NCBI RefSeq assembly: GCF_001194135.2
Contig: NC_068982.1
Location: 115,505,428-115,568,581, forward strand
Direction: 5' to 3'
DNA length: 63,154 nucleotides
Source: Octopus bimaculoides
Lineage: Eukaryota
Positions 12,123-22,135 of this stretch are shown piece after piece (within the stretch, counting starts at the first letter, position 1; every line of letters starts with the position of its first letter). The translations under genes and the position numbers were made by a program. A model generated the notes under the pieces. It saw nothing but the letters and a program-made list of their open reading frames with translations, did not search any database and had not been told where the DNA came from.

Positions 12123-12720
12123 NNNNNNNNNNNNNNNNNNNNNNNNNNNNNNNNNNNNNNNNNNNNNNNNNNNNNNNNNNNNNNNNNNNNNNNNNNNNNN
12201 NNNNNNNNNNNNNNNNNNNNNNNNNNNNNNNNNNNNNNNNNNNNNNNNNNNNNNNNNNNNNNNNNNNNNNNNNNNNNNNNNNNNNNNNNNNNNNNNNNNN
12301 NNNNNNNNNNNNNNNNNNNNNNNNNNNNNNNNNNNNNNNNNNNNNNNNNNNNNNNNNNNNNNNNNNNNNNNNNNNNNNNNNNNNNNNNNNNNNNNNNNNN
12401 NNNNNNNNNNNNNNNNNNNNNNNNNNNNNNNNNNNNNNNNNNNNNNNNNNNNNNNNNNNNNNNNNNNNNNNNNNNNNNNNNNNNNNNNNNNNNNNNNNNN
12501 NNNNNNNNNNNNNNNNNNNNNNNNNNNNNNNNNNNNNNNNNNNNNNNNNNNNNNNNNNNNNNNNNNNNNNNNNNNNNNNNNNNNNNNNNNNNNNNNNNNN
12601 NNNNNNNNNNNNNNNNNNNNNNNNNNNNNNNNNNNNNNNNNNNNNNNNNNNNNNNNNNNNNNNNNNNNNNNATATATATATATATATACGTGCATGCATG
12701 TATGCACGTGTATGTGTGTT
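11975..12720. repeat. Compound (GT)/(TA)/(CA) microsatellites around gap 12123-12670
   Basis: Read directly from the sequence. Confidence 0.9.
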
Positions 12721-13884
12721 TTTTAATTAAAAAAAAAGAGTTTAAATAGGAAATTCAGCGGCTGTACCACCATATCAGACTTCGTTACTGACAGGTGCCA
12801 AATTTGAATATCTAGATGTAGGCCTACTAGTAGGCCTTATTGAACAGGGTGAAGTCAACCTGTTACATATATTTTTAGTTTAATTTAAACATTAAGTACT
12901 AGCAACGCTTGACCACCACCGTTATGTATTCAAAATTAGTCATCTGCTATATACTCGCACATACTTCTGTATGCAAAATGCACATCCATACATGCAAAGT
13001 AAATATGCATACATCTTTAAGCCTTTTATTTTCATATATAACATAAACGTATATCTTTTAGAACCTTGTCATTTCATAAGATTTTGCTGGCAAATTTTTA
13101 AATTAGCATAAACATTTATTTATATGAAAGAAAATCACCGGAGAAACCTCATTCAACGCTTTCAAATCCTATCAAAACTATTGAAATCATTTGTATGGAT
13201 TTCTTATTATACATGTCACATACAGAAAACATGCAGACGGATACATACTCAGACACGCCCAGATACAAATATGTCTCCTCATATTTAAAGCTTTACACAA
13301 CTCTTATGTACACCAGCATTTACACTCTCTTAAACACGCATCTTGACATATAGGGTTTGGTAGAGCAAATAAAAATAGAATTCTATACTCGAGTATATAT
13401 AATTTATCAAAGTGCCCTGCACGAAACTCGACTCTGATCACTTTTGTAACGTCTTCCTATTATATAGTCACATCTACAAATGTATCTCAGACCTAAATAT
13501 ATATTGGGATATGTGCTACAAGTACTATTAAAATGATCATACCATAGATGTAGACTAGCAGAATCACGCCCAGAATGTACAGAATTTATTCCAAAGTGAA
13601 TAAAGTGCTCCATGTAAAGCGTAATCCCCATCAAAGTCTAGTTCCCTGTTCACTGTCAAATCTACTTAAATTTTATTCGTCAGTGTCAAATCATTTGAAA
13701 GTAGTTTTTTATGTAATTCTCTCATTTATAATATTAGAAATTCCCAGACAAGCCATCTGTGACCTCGGGTGTGCCTAACGTATGTAGGTCATTTGAATTT
13801 AAATCTTCTGCAAATATGTACATTCAAGTTACAGGTTTCAACATACAGGTCTGTCTACACAATACATACATGAAGCAGATATGA

Positions 13885-14030
13885 CCGAGTAATTAAGATT
13901 GTTTTGCAAATCATGAGATCTCTAGTTTGATTCTATTGTACAAGGCGAGTGTCTTAGGCTATAGCTTCTGTTCGACCCAAGCCTTGTTGAGTGAAATTAG
14001 CTAAATGGAAACTATCAGCGCGGATCGTAC
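13885..14030 (+). mobile_element. Degenerate family-1 SINE 5' half
   Basis: gcgagtgtcttaggctatagcttctgttcgacccaagccttgttgagtgaaattag..ggaaact. Confidence 0.55.
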
Positions 14031-15279
14031 TTTTATTTCAAAAGGTCAGTGTCATACTGATTCGGCTTGAGAAGTTACATGAAATGTATAAATGTCTGGA
14101 ATACTCAGCTACTTAATGTATAGTTCACTTGATCTAACAACTGGCATACTCAACATCAAAATAGACGGAGATCCATTTACCTAGCACTTTTTTTGTATGT
14201 CCATCCAATATATGTGAAATCTGGTAGCTACTTAGCTATTTTTGTTGCAATTATGGTAATATCGCAACAACACTGTCACGTACATCTGATTGGTATTAAT
14301 AATAACCTAATGTACATGACTATGTGCAGGATATAACCTAAAATAACGGGTAGTTTGCCCACATGCATATAATTTACACGTTTGAGATATGCATTTTCTT
14401 ATACACATAGATAATCTGGCGAAGGTAAAGAATACGTACACCCGGTGGTTGGGTTTTTGTTACGCCGAAAACTGCTCCGCCGATAATCTTTGCAATAATG
14501 TGTAGGAAGAAAAAATAAATACCTTAATACGTTATAAAACAAACGGGCTATTTTCCTTATATGTGTGTAAAAATATATGTATTTGTATAGTGTGTGTGTA
14601 TATAGATAGATCATCAAAGACGAATATGAACAAATATGTATGCTGAAACTAGTAACTAATATATTCATGTGTGAATCTACGTAGATGTACTCTGTATATT
14701 AAATTATAAATATATGTATATTTATGAATGCAGTCTAATATATTTATATATATATGATTATAGTTAATGTTTACACAAATCTATATACCCGCATCATTAA
14801 TTGGGTGTGAATCACATAATCTCAGTGTGTCTCGCGTTTGTGCTATGAGTCACTGTTAAAGTGAGCCTACTGCTCTCACTAGAAGCCATAGAATATCTTC
14901 ACAAAATTACAGCTTGTTGGTTCCTCTATTTCAACTAAATTAATGGTACTATTGGGTGGGGCTATTTAGTTTTATATTTCTGCCTACAAGAAATACATTA
15001 AATACGTATTCGTCGCTCCACATTTTTTTAGATGTGTGTGTGTGTGCACGCTAGCTTCGAAGTCGGCCCTGATACGATAGACCATATTCAATGCTGTTAA
15101 TAGTCGTCTTTTTCATAAGGTTGGACCATGATTTATATTATCTATGCCGATTTGGCTGCTACTTGTAGCAGCTCGAACGAGTTTGTAGAGGTTTTTCTCC
15201 GTTGGCTTCTGGAAAGAGAATCTTTTTGCGTTTGGTTTGTGTGTATTTTAATGTATGATTTTAGTAGTTTATGTATGAA

Positions 15280-15905
15280 GTGTGCTTTCGTGCATAATTT
15301 TAGTGTATGCTTTATATTTGTGGGTGCGCGCTGCAGTATATAATATATGCTCTAGTGTATGCTTTTGGCATGTGTGTAATTCGGTATGGTTTTAGTGTGC
15401 GTATGTGTGTGTGTGCTTTAGTGTTATTTGTTATAGAGACTCGGGCGTGTGGGGATTGAAAAGGGGGCATGCAAATTGCCGTGCTAAATAAAATTAAGAT
15501 GGTTTAAAACTTTATAATCTTGTTCAACTGCAGAAGAATTATATAGATACAAATTATTTTGACACCTCATTAAGTAGGTAACAAGAAATTTTACGAATAA
15601 TCACTGCTTTAGTGTTTGATTTTGTTCTTTGGCATTTAATTTTAATGTGTGCGCGCGTGCGCTTTGGCATATGATTTTGTGTGTGCATTGACATACAATT
15701 TTGGTGTGTGTGTGCGCGCACTCTATGGCAAATAAATTTTAGGGTGTGTATTTTAGCATGTAGCTTTAGAATGTGTGTGTGCTTTAGCGTATAATTTTAG
15801 TGTGAGGTATGCTTCAACGTTATGATTTTAGGATGTGTCAGCTGGTGTGTGCTTTTGCGTATGATTTTCATGTATGTGTGCTTTAGTGTATGTGCACACG
15901 CTTTA
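15280..15905. repeat. Degenerate ~30-bp minisatellite
   Basis: Recurring ctttggcatatgattttagtgtgtgtg-like units with (GT)/(GC) runs. Confidence 0.6.
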
Positions 15906-16509
15906 GTACATCTATCTATCTGTCTATCTATTTATCTATCTCTTCTACCTATATTATAACGGAGAAAGCTGCTTATTAATTAGGTATGTAACAGTTACTA
16001 AAAGAAATGTATGTACATGCGTGTGTAGTATGTTTGTATATATATATATATATATATNNNNNNNNNNNNNNNNNNNNNNNNNNNNNNNNNNNNNNNNNNN
16101 NNNNNNNNNNNNNNNNNNNNNNNNNNNNNNNNNNNNNNNNNNNNNNNNNNNNNNNNNNNNNNNNNNNNNNNNNNNNNNNNNNNNNNNNNNNNNNNNNNNN
16201 NNNNNNNNNNNNNNNNNNNNNNNNNNNNNNNNNNNNNNNNNNNNNNNNNNNNNNNNNNNNNNNNNNNNNNNNNNNNNNNNNNNNNNNNNNNNNNTATATA
16301 TATGAATGTGTCGAAATGCATGTCTAAATATTTATCATTAATTTTGCCTGCTTTCCATGGTATCATGGTTTGGACATTTTAATAAGATCCAATAGGTCAG
16401 TCATTTTGCTGCAGTATATGTGTATATATGATTGTATAAGTATGCATACAGAAACGTATACTTAAACACAGGTATACATCATCATTTAACGTCTGGGAAA
16501 CGGACATTA

Positions 16510-17260
16510 AATGATGACAATGTATGTATGCGTGTGTGTGTGTATATGTATGTATATACACACACACACACACACACACACAATTATAGATATGTATGTA
16601 TACAAATATATGTATATTTGTATATACACATGTAGGTGTGTCTATGTAAACATTTGTATGTTTTTACATTTTTATATGTGGATATTTGTATTTGTATACA
16701 TGTGTGTGTATATTGTGTATTAGTGTGTACATATGTGGGCAATCTTTCGTTTTGCAGGTTAAAACGAAAGGTTGCCCATATGTGTATCTTTTGTTTCAGT
16801 CATTAGACTGCAGCCATGTTGGGACATAGCCTTGAAAATTTTCTAGCTGAATGAGTCGACCCTAGTGCGTAATTTTTTTTACTAAGCCTGTTACTTATTC
16901 TGCTGGTCGCTTTTACACACACACATATACACGATGGGCTTCTTCTAGTTTCCGCCTACCAAATGTACTCACCAAACTTTGGTCAACCTGAAGCTGTAGC
17001 AGCTAACACTTATCCAAGATTCCACGCAGTGGGATTGAGCCTGGAACTATAAGGTTAGGAAGCAAGGTTCTTACCACACAGCCACGCCTGTGGCTGTATG
17101 TGAATATGTGTATCTATATTTTTGTATGTGTAAGAATGTTTGTAAGAATGTTCGTTTATATAGACATACATATCTATGTGTATATACTTGTCTATATATG
17201 TATCTAAATGTTTGTATGCCTATATATACATATGCATGTATCTGTGCCTATGTGTAGTTA

Positions 17261-17312
<52 letters not shown>

Positions 17313-17530
17313 TATATACATACATACACACATATATATGTATACATATCTTGAGAGTGGATTTATGTGGACACATAAGTGGTGTGAATGAGGCCAAGGA
17401 AAATATTACTTTATATGCAAAGAGATGTGTGTAAGTGACAGGAAGGGATTCTTGTAAAATGTGTGTATATATGTATATTTGCACATGTATATGCACTTAT
17501 ATTTATATACATTGCATGTGTGTGTGTGTG

Positions 17531-17565
<35 letters not shown>
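16510..17565. repeat. Compound RY microsatellite fields flanking the 16787-17091 SINE
   Basis: Read directly from the sequence. Confidence 0.85.
16787..17091 (-). mobile_element. Near full-length family-1 tRNA-derived SINE
   Basis: Reverse complement head caggcgtggctgtgtggtaagaacc...ccaggctcaatcccactgcg; tail ...gactgaaacaaaagat. Confidence 0.85.
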
Positions 17566-17604
17566 CTGTCTTTGTCTTGTTTTTCTGTAAATTTCAACAT
17601 AATT

Positions 17605-18945
17605 GCAGGAGTGGCTGTGTGGTAAAGTGACCTAGGCTGTGTGGTAAAGCGACCTAGGCTGTGGGACTGGCAATTGGAATGCCAATAGGCACTTCAGCTC
17701 CACTCTCGGGCGGGCAATGCCGGCAATAGGAGTTCCACTGTGGATTTTTATAGTGGGTTAGTAGAGTTTAAGTCTGAAGACGCCTTGGGGGAGACCCTGG
17801 GCTATGATGAAAATCAGTTCATCGACCTGTTCCTGAAAACTTTCGGGCCCAGGTATCTGGACAATTAGCAGAAATCCCTGGCTTGGCAGTGCTTTCGTGC
17901 GGCGTTACCTGTTCGTGATAAACTGTCAAGGCACGGAAGTGCCAACTCGCCGACGAGTTCGAGGCGCGGGCAGGACAGGGAAACCGTCTTGCACGCATTT
18001 GTAGAATGTCCGGAATTAACGGGACTGATAGTTTTCGCAGAACAACTGTTGTCATCGATGGGAAGAGTACAGCTATCAGCTGAATCTATCATCGAGATTG
18101 TGCCGCCTCCTTCCCTTAACAGGGAAAGGAAACCTTGCTTTTTCTGCATAGTATCCATACTGAAAGAAACAGTATGGAAGACGTGTGTGAGAGGAATAAT
18201 GACTGGTACCTTTGTATCTGGCCAGGGGTTGGTTAACTTTTTTAGTTACCACATCAGGAGTAAGATCAGGCTGGAGAAGAGGTACCTGTCACAAGACAGA
18301 TTCATAAGATAGAAGCCTGTGGCGAGAAAGCTGGAGTGTTTGACTCTAGGTAAGTGAAAGCCAGAAAAGGGAGGAACAAGCAAGGGGTCTACCCTGGTGG
18401 TCGGATGCCTCTCCTTCAGAGCAGCCATTACAAATCGTAATGAGCAACGCCGAATAAGAAAATCAGTAATATATTAATTATATGTTGTTGTACTTGGGGA
18501 TGGTCATTTTGCCAGTTTAGCCAATAAATATGTAAACGGAATATTAATTATATTTTTATATTTAATCGCTAAATAGCAGCTACTACACCCTTTATGTTTG
18601 TCTGTCCTTGTTCGTCCCCTCTTTGTAATGCCTTCATGGCAAATCGTTATAGCATCGGGTCGACCAAAGCCTTGTGAGTGGATTTGGTAGACAGAAACTG
18701 AAAGAAGCCCGTCGTGTATATATATATATATATATATGTGTTTGTGTGTCTGTTTGTCCTCCGAACATAGCTTGACAACCGATGCTGGTGTGTTTATGTC
18801 CCCGTAACTTAGCGGTTCGGCAATAGAGACCGATAGAATAAGTACTAGGCTTCTAAAAAAGAATAAGTCCTGGGGTCGATTTGCTCGACTAAAGGCGGTG
18901 CTCCAGCATGGCCACAGTCAAAAGACTGAAACAAGTAAAAGAGTA
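17605..18945 (+). mobile_element. Family-1 SINE split by the Tx1-like LINE (head 17605-17625, body 18646-18945)
   Basis: gcaggagtggctgtgtggtaa head; body resumes gttatagcatcgggtcgaccaaagccttgtgagtgg...gactgaaacaagtaaaagagtaa. Confidence 0.85.
17626..18644 (+). mobile_element. 5'-truncated L1/Tx1-clade LINE (ORF2 C-terminus with zf-RVT-like motif, then 3'UTR), nested in a SINE
   Basis: One frame from the junction with two in-frame stops before the zinc-finger motif: ...QKSLAWQCFRAALPVRDKLSRHGSANSPTSSRRGQDRETVLHAFVEC...KETVWKT; GC- and CpG-rich. Confidence 0.8.
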
Positions 18946-19018
18946 AGTCCTCAGTCAAATCGTCCAACCCATGCTAGCATGGAAAGCAGACGTTAAACGA
19001 TGATGATGATGATGATGA
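18946..19018 (+). mobile_element. RTE 3' tail fused to the SINE end
   Basis: agtcctcagtcaaatcgtccaacccatgctagcatggaaagcagacgttaaac(gat)n. Confidence 0.9.
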
Positions 19019-19226
19019 AATAAATNNNNNNNNNNNNNNNNNNNNNNNNNNNNNNNNNNNNNNNNNNNNNNNNNNNNNNNNNNNNNNNNNNNNNNNNNNN
19101 NNNNNNNNNNNNNNNNNNNNNNNNNNNNNNNNNNNNNNNNNNNNNNNNNNNNNNNNNNNNNNNNNNNNNNNNNNNNNNNNNNNNNNNNNNNNNNNNNNNN
19201 NNNNNNNNNNNNNNNNNNNNNNNNNN

Positions 19227-19693
19227 ATATTTAATCGCTAAATAGCAGCTACTACACCCTTTATGTTTGTCTGTCCTTGTTCGTCCCCTCTTTGTAATGC
19301 CTTCATGGCAAATCGTTATAGCATCGGGTCGACCAAAGCCTTGTGAGTGGATTTGGTAGACGGAAACTGAAAGAAGCCCGTCGTATATATGTATATATGT
19401 ATGTGTTTGTGTGTCTGTGTTTGTCCCCCCCAACATCGCTTGACAACCGATGCTGGTGTGTTTATGTCCCCGTAACTTAGCGGTTCGGCAATAGAGACCG
19501 ATAGAATAAGTACTAGGCTTCTAAAAAAGAATAAGTCCTGGGGTCGATTTGCTCGACTAAAGGCGGTGCTCCAGCATGGCCACAGTCAAAAGACTGAAAC
19601 AAGTAAAAGAGTAAGTCCTCAGTCAAATCGTCCAACCCATGCTAGCATGGAAAGCAGACGTTAAACGATGATGATGATGATGATGAAATAAAT
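19227..19693 (+). repeat. Near-identical second copy of 18558-19025 across a gap (probable haplotype/assembly duplication)
   Basis: Same sequence including unique flank, with a few SNPs and microsatellite length differences; separated only by Ns. Confidence 0.85.
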
Positions 19694-21959
19694 ATATATA
19701 TATGCACACATGCATAAAAATTAATACTGGTTATTCATTAATGATGTTAATGTCATGTGCACTTGTTGCAATGATTAACCCGTTGAGATCACTGGACATA
19801 TCCATGGCACTTTGAAATATAATCTGCCTTGTATACCTTCAAAAAACCTCATGCATTTCAGTTTAGATTAGGTTTAATCATCTCGGGTGTTGTTTTCTTT
19901 CCTTTTGATGTATGTAAAAGGGGTAAATGTTCTAGAAATACTATTGTAAGTCAAGCATTTTCTTGAACACCTGATCCTAATGATCAGAATATTAATTTAC
20001 CAGTTTTTAATAGTGATCAGTGTGTGTATATGTTGGAGAATGTGGAAAACTGCTCCCATTACAAATAAAATCTTTCTACAGTTGTGTGTGTGTTGCGTGA
20101 GAGTGAGAGAGAGAGAGAGAGAGAAAGAAAGAAAGAAAGAAAGAGAGACATGGTTAGATGATGAGTCAGTGTGTGTTGAATGTAACTCTGCTACTGACTG
20201 ACTGATAAGCTCAATGGTGATAGTTGAGTGAGGGAAGAAGATACTCCCTCCACTCCATTCATGAAAGATTAGATATTACAATTGATTCTGGTTAGTTACT
20301 GCCATAACTACTGTTACTCCCATACTTTAGTATTCTATTATTCATATCCACCACTGCCTTCTTATGTCTCGTGTTACTGATTTTAGTTTTGATCCTTTAA
20401 CCTAGATTTACAATCAGTTCTGTAATCAGTTTATTCCCTCCCCCACTACAGTTTTCCGTAATGTGTAGGTGTTAGGCTGTCTTTGATGTCAGCACTTTAA
20501 ATGGCTGCACTCTTCATTAAAATAAAATGTAATGAAGTAGTACTTACTGTAATTGAATTTATAGTTAATGTTTCAGTGAGTACTCGTTAGGTATCAACAA
20601 ATGTTGAAAGTACATTATAATTGCTATGTTGTGACTAAATCATTTCTAATATGAAATTTAACACCTTTCTTGATCCATAGTTGAAAAGAAAAATATTAAA
20701 AACAAGAACACGATTATGTAAAATTTCTTTAATAATTTTCTTCTCCATCGAATGACATTTTCATTGTACTTCATCACTTCTGCTTTGATATTCATTTTTG
20801 TATTCTGGCATTGGGTGGATCAGTCTTCATTTGAGGCCTTCATTCTCAGATCTGTCCTAATCTCTTCTCCCCAAGTTGGCTATAGCTGTTACCTTCTACT
20901 GTCAACCAAAAGCTTTTTCTTTGTTTCTTGGGTTAATCTAGAATGTATCTGGCACTATTATTATAATGTCCTTGTATACATAGCTAATACTTCTGATGTT
21001 TATTTAATATATATATGATGATTCCATTATGGTAATTACTGATGTCTAGGGCTAATCACTCTACCATAAGAGTGTTTTGTCCAACCTGCTATTAGCCAGT
21101 ATGGCTGGGTAAGCCTACAGCCAATATAAATATGGCATACTGAGGCTTCAGGAAGCAGAACATTGAAAAGAGCTAAATAGAATGGAAAGATTAAATGGTT
21201 GGCTGCTTTAGCTTGAAAGTTCTACATCAGTTAATCAGCAACATCTATCACTCTCTATGAAAGGAGCTTGTTCTCCCCAGGAAAGAAATTGAAGATTTAA
21301 AACATTTTGAATAAAATATATATAAATAGTTTAATTTGAAAAAAAATTAGGTCTTAGTTTAGTTTTGAAAATTAACTGTTCTTGTTAATTTTCAAACTTA
21401 GTTTTTTTTGTGGTGTAAAAATGTGCATAAATTTTCACTTCATTGATGAAAATTATGTCCATTGTTGAATAATTACCTTTTAGTCTGAGGCAAATCAGTT
21501 AATAGTACAAAGAAAATGTTATGCTGTTTTGTTATCATATATTTATACTATTGCCAGTGCTTTTAGTGTTGGATGCATTCTTCTAACCTGTTGATAAATG
21601 TAATATACCTTTCCCCATCACACAACCATATTATGACCATGATAAACAATGTGAGCCTTGTAAAAAAAAATTGAAATAGCTGTGAAAGAAGAAACCTGTT
21701 AGTTTTTATCTATTTTGAAATTGGCAAATATAGTTAGCTTACATTGAATCACCAGAAGCTTCATCCCAGATTTTGCATAGTGGCAATTCAATGCTGAAAT
21801 ATCATAGTGATGAATCTTCAGGTAGTAACTCCATGGGATGATAATTTTTCAGGTGGGGTCAGTGAGATCAGATCACTGACACATCACCACTGCCAACATT
21901 TACTACCACTAACATCCTCTACAGCACTGCCTTCATTACCTCCACTATCACCAACACCA

Positions 21960-22135
21960 ACCTAGGAAACCTATGTGGTTGTTTGCCCTGCTAGAAATAG
22001 CAACCAAATGTCATCCTATAATTTTAAGGATATATTGGAATATGGTCCCTGATATGAGAAAGATGTGGTGCTCATGGTTGAAACCCCTTTGAACATAGGT
22101 CTGCTTGATTTATCTGATCTGGGTTTAAACAATAG
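21960..22135 (+). repeat. Unclassified interspersed repeat family; other copies ~8505-8690 (-), 37765-37910 (-), 40570-40640 (-), 53545-53735 (+)
   Basis: Shared core gctagaaatagca(g/a)ccaaat(c/g)t or its reverse complement in all copies. Confidence 0.6.

Noticed and set aside
17613-17663. CRISPR-like direct repeats
   Set aside because: Two abutting 22-mers without spacers in a eukaryotic genome; explained as a retrotransposition junction.
18558-19693. Apparent 468-bp tandem duplication
   Set aside because: The copies abut an N gap, include the same unique flank and differ only by allele-like changes. This is most likely two haplotypes or overlapping contig ends.
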